From assembly GCA_046952735.1 (NCBI GenBank), contig JBKUJR010000006.1:12977-76976 (forward strand): a stretch of DNA of 64,000 nucleotides, given 5' to 3'. Below the pieces are notes generated by a model. The model was not told the DNA's origin, searched no databases, and saw only the letters and a list, made by a program, of their open reading frames with translations. Source of the stretch: Clostridia bacterium. Lineage in GTDB: Bacteria > Bacillota > Clostridia > UBA1212 > UBA1255. Both the position numbers and the translations under genes were made by a program. Position 1 is the stretch's first letter. Every line of letters starts with the position of its first letter. This document shows, piece by piece, positions 1 to 10,486 of the stretch.

Positions 1-382
1 GAGCAGGAAGTTCTGCGCATGCCAAAGGGGATAACGCAAAGAAAAACGGCAGTTCTCAACCGTGATTTCCCGGCATTCTTTTAAAACGGATTCTCCGTCC
101 GCGGGTCCGGCGAACGTGCAGTTTCTGACTGTTGCGCCTGTCAAATGGTATAGGGCGCGTTCCTCGTCAAAGTTTTGTGCTTCTATCATCCGTGTATTCA
201 TAATTCTGTATCCTTCCTTTTCCATCGGGATTTGATCGCGTTTCACAGGGTATCATACCACTTGGATCCCGCTCCAAGTCAAGCTTTTCTTTATGAATTT
301 TAAAATTACCGGCGGCTATGGAAAGCGGATGCGAATCATTTTAGATAGGGAAAAGGCCACGGTATTGTTAACATATTTACAC

Positions 383-411
383 TTGACAGACGCAGCCGTT
401 TTTTATAAAAT
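383..411 (+). promoter_or_regulatory. Sigma-70-like promoter upstream of the TetR gene, with -35 TTGACA at 383-388 and -10 TAAAAT at 406-411 (17-nt spacer). It lies inside an imperfect inverted repeat (about 359-446) that could be the TetR operator.
   Basis: Hexamers read directly from the sequence. The inverted repeat is CGGTATTGTTAACATAT ... ATATGTTATGTAATACCG. Confidence 0.35.
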
Positions 412-470
412 AACATTCGTTACGAAACATATGTTATGTAATACCGCTTCTGATGAGGAGATGAAACGAA

Positions 471-1049
471 TTGCCGCCCAAAATACAATATACAAAAGAA
501 CAGATTGTTGATGCCGCAATCGAAATTATCCGGAAAGAAGGGCCGTCGTCTCTCAACGCCCGGGCGGTTGCAAAACAGCTCGGCTGTTCCACGCAGCCGA
601 TCTTCCGGGAGTTTGAAAGCATGACGGATCTCAAAGATGCGGTGATCCGAAAAGCAAGCGCTATTTATGAAGCATATATCAGGCGATGGTGCACAAAAGC
701 CGAAAAACCGTACAAGGCGGCGGGAACTGCGTATATCCGATTCGCTGCGGAAGAAAAAGCGCTGTTCCATCTCCTGTTCATGCGGGACAGGAGCCGGGAG
801 GGGGAAGAATATGAAGACGGAAATCTGGAAATTTATTTAGACGAAATTTCGCGGGTTTTAAAGATCGGCAGGGACGCGGCGTACGAATTTCACATCCGGA
901 TGTGGATCTATACGCATGGGATGGCGGTCATGACCGCTACGGATTATCTGCATTTTACCGACGAGCAGATCAGCGCGCTGCTTACGGAAGAATTTACGGC
1001 GCTGAAAGAAAGGTTTGGAAACAAAAATGAGGAATATCATAGAAATTAA
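471..1049 (+). CDS. TetR/AcrR family transcriptional regulator
   Basis: N-terminal HTH of TetR type (LNARAVAKQLGCSTQPIFREFESMTDLKDAV). TTG start with GAGGAG RBS. 192 aa. Confidence 0.8.
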   Translation: MPPKIQYTKEQIVDAAIEIIRKEGPSSLNARAVAKQLGCSTQPIFREFESMTDLKDAVIRKASAIYEAYIRRWCTKAEKPYKAAGTAYIRFAAEEKALFHLLFMRDRSREGEEYEDGNLEIYLDEISRVLKIGRDAAYEFHIRMWIYTHGMAVMTATDYLHFTDEQISALLTEEFTALKERFGNKNEEYHRN

Positions 1050-1932
1050 TCATCTCAAAAAATATTTTGGGGAAATCAAAGCCGTTGACGATATCACTTT
1101 CCGGGTGCGGGAGGGCGAGCTGTTTTCCTTTCTGGGGTTGAACGGCGCCGGCAAAAGCACCACGATTTCCATATTATGCGGACAGCTGCAAAAAGACGCG
1201 GGTTCCGTTCTGATCGACGGCAGCGATATCGAACGGGATTCGGATCGGATCAAATCCGAGATCGGCATCGTTTTCCAAAGCTCCGTGCTCGACAAGCTGC
1301 TGACCGTCAGAGATAATTTGAAACTGCGCGCTGCGCTTTACGGCATTACGGATGAAGCATTCCGGAAACGTCTTGACAGCCTGACGGAACTACTCGATCT
1401 TAAAACGCTGCTCAAGCGGCCCGTAGGCAAACTCTCCGGCGGCCAGCGCCGCAGGATCGACGTTGCCAGAGCGCTTCTGCAGAAACCGAAAATTTTGATT
1501 CTGGACGAACCGACAACCGGCCTCGATCCGCAGTCCCGGAAAATGGTCTGGAACGTCATAGAGCATTTGCGGAAGAACGAGGGGCTGACGGTGTTTTTAA
1601 CGACGCATTATATGGAAGAGGCGAGCGAATCGGATTATGTCGTGATCCTGGACAGCGGTAAAATTTCAGCGGAGGGCACGCCGCATGATTTGAAGAACAC
1701 ATATGCAAAAGATGCAATCAAATTATATACGGCCGATACATCCGGTTTGGATGCGCTGGGAATCCTTTATACGGAAGAAAACGGTTATGTGAAAATCGAA
1801 ACGCCGGATACCGCGTACGCGAAGGAGCTGATCGTAAAGCATCCGGAGCTGTTTGAAGATTTTGAAATTATCAAGGGAAAAATGGACGATGTTTTTCTCT
1901 CGGTTACGGGGAAAGCGCTCAGGGAGGTATAA
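1027..1932 (+). CDS. ABC transporter ATP-binding protein
   Basis: Walker A GLNGAGKST, ABC signature LSGGQRRR, Walker B ILILDEPTTGLD. An alternative TTG start at 1015 overlaps the TetR gene end. Confidence 0.9.
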   Translation: MRNIIEINHLKKYFGEIKAVDDITFRVREGELFSFLGLNGAGKSTTISILCGQLQKDAGSVLIDGSDIERDSDRIKSEIGIVFQSSVLDKLLTVRDNLKLRAALYGITDEAFRKRLDSLTELLDLKTLLKRPVGKLSGGQRRRIDVARALLQKPKILILDEPTTGLDPQSRKMVWNVIEHLRKNEGLTVFLTTHYMEEASESDYVVILDSGKISAEGTPHDLKNTYAKDAIKLYTADTSGLDALGILYTEENGYVKIETPDTAYAKELIVKHPELFEDFEIIKGKMDDVFLSVTGKALREV

Positions 1933-1935
1933 AAA

Positions 1936-2841
1936 ATGAATAACAGTAAAACGGTACGCCTTCTGGTAGGGAGGAACATCAAATTATATTTTAAAGATAA
2001 AATTTCTTTCTTTATGTCGCTGATCACGCCGCTGATTCTGATCGTGCTGTTCGTGACTTTTTTACGAAAAATCTATGTCGGCTCCTTTCAGGCATTTATC
2101 CCGGAAGGATTATCTGTAGGAGAAGACCTGATCAATGCGTTTACCGGGGGCTGGTTCCTGTCGTCGATCTTAGGCGTAAGTACCGTCACGATCGCGTTCT
2201 GTTCCAATATCGTCATGGTGCAGGATAAAATCAGCGGCAGCATTTCGGATTTGCTTGTCACCCCGGTGAAAAGGGAACTGCTGGCGCTCAGCTATTATAT
2301 CGCCAATGTCGTCACGACGCTGCTTGTTTGTCTCGTCGCAATGGGAGCCGGTTTCCTGTATCTGTACGCAGTGGGCTGGTACTTATCCGGGACGGACATC
2401 TTGCTGATCGTTGGGGACGTATTGCTCTGCACCTTATTCGGAACGGCGCTGGCGGCGGTTGTGGAACATTTTATTTCCACCCAGGGAGGCGTCAGCGCGG
2501 TTGCAACGCTCGTAAGCTCTATGTACGGCTTCGTCTGCGGCGCGTATATGCCGATTTCGCAGTTCTCCGAACCGGTCAGGAATTTTGTTTCCTTCATCCC
2601 CGGCACATACGGGACATCACTTCTCAGAAATCATTATATGCATGGCGTGCTTGCCGAATTAGAGCCGGATTTGCCGCAGGAGCTGATGACGGGACTGCGC
2701 GACGGTTTCGATGCAAATCTTTACTTCTTCGGGCGCCGCGTCGAGCAGTGGCAGATGTACGTCGTCGTGGCGGGCGCCGCCGTACTGTTTCTTGGAATCT
2801 ATGTTGTGCTCAATGTCGTGAAAAACCGAAAAAAAGCTTAA
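1936..2841 (+). CDS. ABC-2 type transporter permease
   Basis: 301-aa polytopic hydrophobic protein immediately downstream of the ABC ATPase, with a 4-nt gap. Confidence 0.8.
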   Translation: MNNSKTVRLLVGRNIKLYFKDKISFFMSLITPLILIVLFVTFLRKIYVGSFQAFIPEGLSVGEDLINAFTGGWFLSSILGVSTVTIAFCSNIVMVQDKISGSISDLLVTPVKRELLALSYYIANVVTTLLVCLVAMGAGFLYLYAVGWYLSGTDILLIVGDVLLCTLFGTALAAVVEHFISTQGGVSAVATLVSSMYGFVCGAYMPISQFSEPVRNFVSFIPGTYGTSLLRNHYMHGVLAELEPDLPQELMTGLRDGFDANLYFFGRRVEQWQMYVVVAGAAVLFLGIYVVLNVVKNRKKA

Positions 2842-2953
2842 ATTATACGTTACGGCATTATTTCATCATCAATTTCAATTCAAAAGCCGATGCCAAAAAA
2901 GCCCCTGTGCTTCTTCAGGGGCTTTTGTCAGATCTTGTTATGCAGAACGCAGA

Positions 2954-4042
2954 TCAAAGCTGCAAATCGTCGAGAATATCATCCAGATCTGTCAGTTCGT
3001 CGATTTCCTCAGGGGAAATGACCGAAAATCCATACCGCACTTCGAATTTTGTGAGAAGTCCGGCTTCCAGGATCGGCTGCGGTTTCCAGTAAAAATCATC
3101 GCTGTGATGTACCGCGTCCGGAAAATACTGGGGTTCGAGACAGACTGCGGTACGTGGCTTTTCCAAAAAGTTCCCGCTGTAAAATTGCAGGCCGGGCGCA
3201 TTGGAGGATACCCGCATTCTGCGGCCTGATTCGACAGAAGTCAGAATCGCGGCGGTTGTCATGTTGAATGCATCGTATTTGATCACGTAATTATGATCGT
3301 AACCGCGGCGGTTGATCAGATCTTCATTAATTTTTTCTGCTTTGAGTCCTGTCAATATCCGTTTCGGCTCATTGAAATCCATCACTTCAGAGACATCCAG
3401 GATTTCTCCCGTCGGGATTCCGTCCCGGTCAACTGGCATATATTCATCGGCATAAATTTCCAAAAAATGACGTGTAGCATCGGACCCTTCCGCGTTCAAA
3501 TTAAAATATGCGTGATTTGTCGGATTAAAGATCGTATCGCGGTCGCTTTGCGCCATCAACGTCATCGTAAGGACGTTGTCATCGTCGAAACGGTACGTCA
3601 GCGACATTTTCAGATTGCCCGGATACCCTTCCGTACCATGCCGCTGGATTGCTTCGAAGCATACTGCGTTCTCTTCAACGCCGCTGCATTTCCACATCAT
3701 ATTGTGAAAACCCTTGCGCCCTCCGTGAACATGATTGTCGCCTTCATTCCGGGAAAGGACGTAGAGCAGATTATTATAGATATAGATCCCGTCGCGGATT
3801 CTATTCGCGCAGCGCCCGATCACGGCGCCGAAGTATTCGTGACCCGGTTCGAGATATCCCTGCGGCGAGTCGCAGCCGAGCACGACATTCGAGAGCTTCC
3901 CGTTCTTGTCGGGAACCACAATTTGTCTGACTCTTCCGCCGAAATCCAATATTTCAGCGTAAGCGCCCGAATGATTCTCTATGATATACGAATAGACGTC
4001 GTTCTTTCCCAGTTTTCCAAATAAAAGTTTCTCTACGCTCAC
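2954..4042 (-). CDS. aldose 1-epimerase (galactose mutarotase family)
   Basis: 362 aa with mutarotase-like motifs (GAVIGRCANRI, HGG, FNLN...). Sits antisense to the spurious 3293..4024 ORF. Confidence 0.8.
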   Translation of the reverse strand: MSVEKLLFGKLGKNDVYSYIIENHSGAYAEILDFGGRVRQIVVPDKNGKLSNVVLGCDSPQGYLEPGHEYFGAVIGRCANRIRDGIYIYNNLLYVLSRNEGDNHVHGGRKGFHNMMWKCSGVEENAVCFEAIQRHGTEGYPGNLKMSLTYRFDDDNVLTMTLMAQSDRDTIFNPTNHAYFNLNAEGSDATRHFLEIYADEYMPVDRDGIPTGEILDVSEVMDFNEPKRILTGLKAEKINEDLINRRGYDHNYVIKYDAFNMTTAAILTSVESGRRMRVSSNAPGLQFYSGNFLEKPRTAVCLEPQYFPDAVHHSDDFYWKPQPILEAGLLTKFEVRYGFSVISPEEIDELTDLDDILDDLQL

Positions 4043-4080
4043 GTCAATACTCTCCTGTAATCTTCTGCACCTCTGAATCC

Positions 4081-4503
4081 TCAGTCCTCGTCGATTGATT
4101 TTACGGATGTACCCCAGGCTTTCAGGCGTTCGAAATAAACGCCGTTCATTTCCTGACGCGGCCAGAATGTAAACAGCTTAAACGGTTTGTCGTTCATCGT
4201 ATTGTCGATCCAGTGAAAACAGTGGGGCGGAATGACAATGATATCCCCCGGCTTCACAGCAACGCGGTCTTCGTCCAGCCAAACATATCCGGTGCCTTCT
4301 ACGATATAATAAATTTCCGTATCTTCATGGGCGCCGCCTGACGTCCTGCACCCTGCCGCCAAAGTACCTTCGTTGATATTGATCACAGGTCTTCCGGCCA
4401 TTTCGTCACCGGTGAGCATTTTTGAACTGTATGTCTCATCACACACGAATGGTTTTACGTTTTCCGCATTAACTAATTTCCAATCTGACATTTGTGTTTG
4501 CAT
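4081..4503 (-). CDS. cupin domain protein
   Basis: 140 aa with a cupin beta-barrel signature region (GDIIVIPPHCFHWIDN). Confidence 0.6.
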   Translation of the reverse strand: MQTQMSDWKLVNAENVKPFVCDETYSSKMLTGDEMAGRPVININEGTLAAGCRTSGGAHEDTEIYYIVEGTGYVWLDEDRVAVKPGDIIVIPPHCFHWIDNTMNDKPFKLFTFWPRQEMNGVYFERLKAWGTSVKSIDED

Positions 4504-4583
4504 CTCCTATCATAAGTTTTGTGCGATTATTATACAATAATCGTCAGCCGATATACAACTTTTTTTTGAAGGAACCTTTTTTC

Positions 4584-5309
4584 TCAAATAAAAAATTTTT
4601 TTGCAAGCCGTTCTTTCAGCGCTTTATTGCAGTCGATATAAATCAGTACGATTCCGATGATCACAAGCACGGTAAGGGGATAGAAGGACCAGATCAAGCG
4701 GCTGCGCAGTGAAAATGCGTGATTTAAAAGCAATTCGATCAATAACGTGCCGCCTCCGACCGCCATGAATGTCAAAGCCGTTATCTTCATCGGGCTGATG
4801 ACATGTCGGTGGCCGAGCAGAACGAGTGCGATCAAAACTGCGGAAATATAAACTGCCAGCGGCAGTGCGAAGGAAGCGAACCAGTGGCCGCCGCTCCGTT
4901 TCTCAATAAACATCAATAAAAAAATCAATGCGCATGCGTCGATCGCGATGCAAAAAGCAGGATCCGGCTTTTTACTGAGCACCGGAAGCAGAACGCAAAT
5001 ATAAATAAAAGCGATGGAGGTCACGACATATGCGGACCAGGTGATCGCACCGTTGATGCTCAGGTCACAGATCACCGCCAGCAGGACAGGCAGCAGAAAA
5101 ATCAAAGTGATCAGCGTAATGATACTGCTTCTGCTGACTCTTTGTATGGTTAGCGGCTGATACTGCGGATAGGGCGGATCCGTTTCTTCCGATTTTACTT
5201 TTTTGACGTTCCGGTCCGGATGATAGACTTCCGTGCCGCATAAAGGGCACTTTTTTTCATTATCGCTGAGCTCGACGCCGCAGTTTACACAGTATGACAT
5301 TCGAATCAC
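4584..5309 (-). CDS. membrane protein with N-terminal zinc-ribbon
   Basis: CVNCGVELSDNEKKCPLCG zinc-ribbon followed by about 5 predicted TM helices. Confidence 0.5.
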   Translation of the reverse strand: MIRMSYCVNCGVELSDNEKKCPLCGTEVYHPDRNVKKVKSEETDPPYPQYQPLTIQRVSRSSIITLITLIFLLPVLLAVICDLSINGAITWSAYVVTSIAFIYICVLLPVLSKKPDPAFCIAIDACALIFLLMFIEKRSGGHWFASFALPLAVYISAVLIALVLLGHRHVISPMKITALTFMAVGGGTLLIELLLNHAFSLRSRLIWSFYPLTVLVIIGIVLIYIDCNKALKERLAKKFFI

Positions 5310-5313
5310 CTCA

Positions 5314-6609
5314 TTATATTTTATGATTGCTTTCTATTGTAACATGGATTCCCATTTTAACCAGTCTCGTAAAAAATAAACGCTCCAGTGTGGGCTGCGC
5401 GATATTTCTGGCGAAATTCAGATATATTTTACCATTGTAGGAGATTACGCCGCAATTATTATGTGTTTCGGCCTGCATTCCCAGCACGAAATCCATACGG
5501 CTGACGTATTTTTCCATTTCTTCCGGAATTGTGACGACTCCCAGATTGGAGAGCGTCATACAGGATTTTTTCTCGCCCACCATATTGTACGCAAATTTCA
5601 TGGCAATATTTTTTATAAAAAGCGGCATGATTTTCAAAATAAAAGCTTTTTCGGAACGGACGTTTTTCGTGATTTTGGCGGCGAGCTGCTTATCCGTAAG
5701 CTCCATTCCCATCTGGTGATGGACGGATTTTACGATTTCCGCAAAAGTATATTCCCCCATTTTCGGATCGACGCCCGGCGTGATGAATAACACGAAATTC
5801 CGGAGCGTTTCGCTGGGGAAGAGTTTTCGCAAATTGACGGGAACCAATATTTTAACGGGTTTCTGACGTTTTTGCTTCGGCTGTTCCGCGTTTTGTATTT
5901 CCAAAATGGCGTCGATCAGTACGGCCGTCAGAAAAGCGGTAAGGCTCGTATTGTATTGCTTCGCACATTTCAAAGCCTCCGCAGCGGAAAAAATCCCTGT
6001 CGTGATATGAACGTAGCCGTCCGTTTCATACGTACCTTTTAATTTATAAGCTGTCGGCGCGCTTCTGCTGCTGCTGAAGCTGCCTTCGTATTTTAAAAAG
6101 CTGTCCTCGAATTCTTCCGGTTTCGGTTTCTCTTTCCTGTCTAAGACGCCTTTCTCCGCGGGCGCCTGCACTCCGTATTTTTGCTGAAGATATTCGGCAA
6201 GCAATGTTTTTAAAAAGATGAGCCCGCCGTTTCCGTCCGTCAGCGCATGGAAAAATTCGATTGCGATCCGGTTCTTGTAATATAAAACGCGAAAAGCGCA
6301 TTTTTTGATGTCTGTGAACGACATGCGGGTACAGGGGTAATGTTCGTCCGGCATCACCTGCGGCGCCCATTCCAGTTCTTCGACACAGTACCAGAACATC
6401 CCTTTCCGCAGCCGCACCGCCATGGAAGGGAAGCGCTTCACCGTGATATCGAGAGCGCTTTGTAAAATATCGGTATCGACGCGCTCTGTCAGTGTCGCCG
6501 ATACGCGGAACAGGTTGCTCCAGTTCCGCCGTTTGGCAGCCGGATAGATTTTTGCGGCATTATCGAGCCGCATCCATTTCAATTTTCTTTTATTTTCCTG
6601 AGTGCTCAT
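5314..6609 (-). CDS. WS/DGAT-like (condensation-type) acyltransferase
   Basis: 431 aa with an HxxxDG catalytic motif (FFHALTDGNGG) typical of wax-ester synthase/acyltransferase and condensation domains. Confidence 0.55.
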   Translation of the reverse strand: MSTQENKRKLKWMRLDNAAKIYPAAKRRNWSNLFRVSATLTERVDTDILQSALDITVKRFPSMAVRLRKGMFWYCVEELEWAPQVMPDEHYPCTRMSFTDIKKCAFRVLYYKNRIAIEFFHALTDGNGGLIFLKTLLAEYLQQKYGVQAPAEKGVLDRKEKPKPEEFEDSFLKYEGSFSSSRSAPTAYKLKGTYETDGYVHITTGIFSAAEALKCAKQYNTSLTAFLTAVLIDAILEIQNAEQPKQKRQKPVKILVPVNLRKLFPSETLRNFVLFITPGVDPKMGEYTFAEIVKSVHHQMGMELTDKQLAAKITKNVRSEKAFILKIMPLFIKNIAMKFAYNMVGEKKSCMTLSNLGVVTIPEEMEKYVSRMDFVLGMQAETHNNCGVISYNGKIYLNFARNIAQPTLERLFFTRLVKMGIHVTIESNHKI

Positions 6610-7498
6610 TTATTCGTTCCTTTATAAAACCAATCATTGCGTTGAAATCTTCCTTCCCGTCTTCCGTCCCGTACAGTATATAAGCGTGCCACATCCCCGG
6701 ACAGACGGACAGGGAAGCGTCGCAGCCGTACTGGACAAGACGGTCATACAGATTGACCGCATCGTCTAACATGACCTCGCTCCCGCCTACATATATTCTG
6801 GAGGGCGGCAGCCCTGCGAGGTCGCCGTACACCGGAGAAGCGAACGGATTTGCAGGATCTTCGCTATCCGGTATGTATTGGCTCGTAAAAAAGTCGAGAC
6901 GCTCTTTTGTCATGGAAGGGTCTTCCTTGCTGTTCGTTTCGTAAGATGCGCCGCGCTGCGTCAGATCGCTCCAGGGAGAAATGGCAGCAATGCAGGAGGG
7001 AAGGGGAATCCCGGACTGTTTGAGCTTTAAAGCGAGCGCAAAAATCAGACCACCGCCGGCGGATTCTCCCGTCAGCGCAATAGAATCCGGAGCGTAACCG
7101 CATTGCAGCAGATACTCGTATGCTTCTGCCGCATCTTCCAGCGCCGCAGGAAACGGATTTTCCGGCGCCAGCCGATACGCGGGACAGAATACGTCGATCC
7201 CGCTTTCTGCGGCGAGCACGGTACCGAATCCTTTTGCATAATCCAAATCGCCTGCGACATATCCGCCGCCGTGCAGATACAGGATCACGCCGGCAGAATC
7301 GACCTCCTTCAAACGGATGAAGGCGGCTTCAAAATTATGAAAGCACACATTGGAATAATTCAGTTCTTTCTGTTTTCCTGCCATCATGATTTTTCCAAGC
7401 CTATCCTGCGCGGAGCGCGACATTTCTATGCTGCAATTCGTGATGATCGGTTTGAGCAGTTTGATTTGATTTTTCAAGAGCTTTGTAGACAAACGCAT
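6590..7498 (-). CDS. alpha/beta hydrolase (esterase/lipase, HSL-like)
   Basis: Oxyanion-hole HGGGYVAGD and nucleophile elbow GESAGG motifs. Confidence 0.75.
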   Translation of the reverse strand: MRLSTKLLKNQIKLLKPIITNCSIEMSRSAQDRLGKIMMAGKQKELNYSNVCFHNFEAAFIRLKEVDSAGVILYLHGGGYVAGDLDYAKGFGTVLAAESGIDVFCPAYRLAPENPFPAALEDAAEAYEYLLQCGYAPDSIALTGESAGGGLIFALALKLKQSGIPLPSCIAAISPWSDLTQRGASYETNSKEDPSMTKERLDFFTSQYIPDSEDPANPFASPVYGDLAGLPPSRIYVGGSEVMLDDAVNLYDRLVQYGCDASLSVCPGMWHAYILYGTEDGKEDFNAMIGFIKERINEHSGK

Positions 7499-8514
7499 TA
7501 GATGTCTCCTTTATAAAATTTAATCGTGAAGGACGCTCCGCGGGCATTTTTATTGTTTTCCGCTTTCACCGTACCGTTCTGGCTTCCAATGATCATCCGC
7601 GCAAGCGCAAGACCGATCCCAAAGCTGCCTTCGGAGGAATCCTTCCCCTTATAAAACCGTTCGAATAAGTACGGGATGTCTTCTTCCGAGATCCCGGAGC
7701 CATTATCTTTGATGGTAATCCGGGTGAATACGACATTTTCTTCCGCCTCGATCTCAATGATCCCGGAACCGTCGTCCGGCGTGTGCTCCATACAATTTTT
7801 GATGATATTGCTGAGCGCTTCCGCAGACCATGCCATATCGCCGTAAAAAGAGACGCTTTCCGCTATTTCACAGATCAGTTTTTGGTTTTTCAGTTCCATC
7901 GGCACGGCGAGCGGCTCCGCAGCTTTTCCGATCAGCTTCCGGACGGAAATGACGGAATTTTGGAAACGAACCGTACCTGCGTCCAGTTTGGACATTTTTA
8001 AAAGCGCCGTGATCAGCCAGTCGATCCGCAGCAGCAGCCGGCTGAGGTCGCGTATGAGCTCTGCGCGCCGCGCGGCGTCCAGGCTTTCGTCGCTCAGCAT
8101 CGATACGATGATGTTAACGGAAGTCAGAGGCGTGCGGATCTGATGGGAAATATCGGCAATCGAATCCGCAAGGAATATCTTGTCGTTTTGCAGCGCTTCT
8201 GCCTGCTGGCGGAGCCGCACCGTCATTTTCCCGATTTCGCTTTGCAGTACGGAAAGCTCTCCTTCGGAGCAATTGCCGATTTGGATTTCCGTACCGCCGT
8301 GCAGAATTTCGTCGATCTGCAGGGAGAGCGCCGCGATTTTTTTATATCTGAAATACGTTGCGATAAAATACACGGCTGCGTATATGACGCTGAGAATAGC
8401 GGAAACAGCTGCGGCTTCCAAAGATAACGACCGCGCGCCTGCCGTAAAGCCTGCGGCGAGGATCGCAAACAGCAGAATCGATTTTTTGATTTCCGGATTC
8501 CTGAAAAACGCCAC
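7498..8514 (-). CDS. sensor histidine kinase
   Basis: Two N-terminal TM segments, an H-box (SHQIRTPL), and an HATPase_c region (DNGSGI, GSFGIGLALA). Confidence 0.85.
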   Translation of the reverse strand: MAFFRNPEIKKSILLFAILAAGFTAGARSLSLEAAAVSAILSVIYAAVYFIATYFRYKKIAALSLQIDEILHGGTEIQIGNCSEGELSVLQSEIGKMTVRLRQQAEALQNDKIFLADSIADISHQIRTPLTSVNIIVSMLSDESLDAARRAELIRDLSRLLLRIDWLITALLKMSKLDAGTVRFQNSVISVRKLIGKAAEPLAVPMELKNQKLICEIAESVSFYGDMAWSAEALSNIIKNCMEHTPDDGSGIIEIEAEENVVFTRITIKDNGSGISEEDIPYLFERFYKGKDSSEGSFGIGLALARMIIGSQNGTVKAENNKNARGASFTIKFYKGDI

Positions 8515-8553
8515 TTCCGCCTCCCTGGATTTCTCTAAAATTTTACGGATGTT

Positions 8554-9221
8554 TTATATTTTATATCCTATTCCGCGGACCGTCTTGATAATTGCCGGAT
8601 TCTGCGGGTCGTCCTCGATTTTATCCCTGAGCCGTTTGATATATACCGTCAAAGTGTTGTCGTTTACAAAATCGCCTGCGATGTCCCAGATCTCTTCCAG
8701 CAGCTTGGCCCGGGAAAGAACAGCGCCTTTGTTATGAAAGAATACGAGCAGTAATTTATATTCCAGAGCCGACAAAAAAATTTCATTCCCGTTTTTGGAT
8801 ACGGTGCCGCGTACGGGATCTACCGAAATGCCGCCGCAGGAGATTTGCTGCGTTTGGAGATTCCCGCGCCGCCGCAGCACATTGTTGATCCGGGAGATCA
8901 GCTCCCTGGGGCGGAAGGGCTTGTTGATATAATCGTCGGCGCCGAGCTCAAATCCTGTCACGACGCTGAATTCATCGCCCGATGCGGTAAGGAATATGAT
9001 CGGGATGTCATGATTTCCCGGATTTCGCGGCACAGCGCAAATCCGTTGCCGTCGTTTAAAGAAATGTCAAGGAGCAGCAAATCGAACTGCTGCTCCTTGA
9101 TTTTACAGATTGCCTCGCTCTGGCCTGCAGCCGAATCCGCACCGAACCCTTCGCTCCGTAAGAATGCGGTAAGATTGGTTACGATGCTTTTATCGTCTTC
9201 CACAACCAGTATATTTGCCAT
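8554..9221 (-). pseudogene. OmpR-family response regulator, frameshifted (receiver 9221..8958, wHTH output 9033..8554)
   Basis: Receiver ORF MANILVVEDD...LCREIRE and winged-helix ORF NHDIPIIFLTA...GYKI overlap in different frames. The junction is at a T3 run (9014-9016). Restoring one base gives the canonical LCREIRENHDIPIIFLTA. Confidence 0.7.
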
Positions 9222-9231
9222 AATGCTGATC

Positions 9232-10380
9232 TTATAATAACGATTTGTAAAGTTCTGCGATTTCCGCTGCGCTCGTATCCCGCGGATTGCCCGGGCGGCA
9301 GGCATCGTCGTATGCGGACTGGGAAAGGAAGGGGATATCTTCCGTTTTTACGATATCCTTCAGATTTTCCGGAATGCCGACGTCTTTGGAAAGCTGCTTC
9401 ACCGCATCGATGGCGGCTTTTCTGTATTCCGCCTGCGTCATGTTCTCCGTGCCCTGCACGCCCATCGCCTGTGCGATATATTTGTATTTGTCTCCTGTAG
9501 CAGGAGCGTTATATTCCATTACTGTCGGTAAAATAATCGCGTTTGCGACGCCGTGGGGCGTATCATACAATGCGCCGAGCGGATGCGCCATGGAATGCAC
9601 GATTCCAAGTCCTACGTTCGAAAATCCCATACCGGCGACGTATTGGCCGAGCGCCATTCCTTCGCGTCCTTCCTTTGTATTGGCTACGGCGCCGCGTAAA
9701 GATCTGGCAATGATTTCGATCGCTTTCAGATGGAACATGTCGGAAAGCTCCCAGGCGCCTTTTGTAATATAACCTTCGATCGCATGTGTCAGAGCATCCA
9801 TGCCGGTCGCGGCAGTCAGCCCTTTGGGCATCGTAGACATCATGTCCGGATCTACGACAGCGATCACAGGAATGTCGTGTACGTCGACGCATACCATTTT
9901 CCGGTTTTTCTCCGTGTCGGTGATGACATAATTTATCGTAACTTCTGCGGCGGTGCCTGCCGTAGTCGGTACTGCGATGATCGGTACGGCCTTATTTTTC
10001 GTATTCGCTTCGCCTTCCAGGCTTCTGACGTCGGCGAATTCCGGATTTTTGACAATGATTCCTACCGCTTTCGCAGTGTCCATAGAAGAACCGCCGCCGA
10101 TTGCGATGATACAATCCGCCCCCATTTTTTTGAACGCTTCTACGCCGTGTTGTACGTTCTGGATCGTCGGATTCGGTTTGATTTCGGAAAAAATTTCATA
10201 TGCAATGCCGGCTGCGTCCAGTACGTCCGTAACTTTTTTCGTCACGCCGAACTTGATCAGATCCGGATCGGAGGCCAGAAATACTTTCTGAAACCCTCTG
10301 CTTTTGATCTCTTTGGGAATGTTCTGAATGGCGCCTGCGCCGTGATAGGATGTTTCATTTAATACAAATCTGTTTGACAT
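9232..10380 (-). CDS. iron-containing alcohol dehydrogenase
   Basis: 382 aa with the Fe-ADH signature GGGSSMDTAKAV and conserved His-rich metal-binding region. Confidence 0.9.
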   Translation of the reverse strand: MSNRFVLNETSYHGAGAIQNIPKEIKSRGFQKVFLASDPDLIKFGVTKKVTDVLDAAGIAYEIFSEIKPNPTIQNVQHGVEAFKKMGADCIIAIGGGSSMDTAKAVGIIVKNPEFADVRSLEGEANTKNKAVPIIAVPTTAGTAAEVTINYVITDTEKNRKMVCVDVHDIPVIAVVDPDMMSTMPKGLTAATGMDALTHAIEGYITKGAWELSDMFHLKAIEIIARSLRGAVANTKEGREGMALGQYVAGMGFSNVGLGIVHSMAHPLGALYDTPHGVANAIILPTVMEYNAPATGDKYKYIAQAMGVQGTENMTQAEYRKAAIDAVKQLSKDVGIPENLKDIVKTEDIPFLSQSAYDDACRPGNPRDTSAAEIAELYKSLL

Positions 10381-10486
10381 GATAAAACCCCTTTCCTGTC
10401 CGTAAATATTTTTATAAATTATTTTCCGGCTCGTCTTCGGGCCTTTTTATAGTTTAGCACAATTCCGGTAAAATGTGAAATCCATT

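Noticed and set aside
293-511. 72-aa ORF upstream of, and overlapping, the TetR gene start.
   Set aside because: Overlaps the predicted promoter/operator. AT-rich low-complexity translation with no RBS.
2328-3092. 254-aa Arg-rich ORF on the plus strand.
   Set aside because: Alternative frame inside the ABC-2 permease gene and antisense to galM. Arg/Gly-rich low-complexity translation typical of an out-of-frame GC-rich read.
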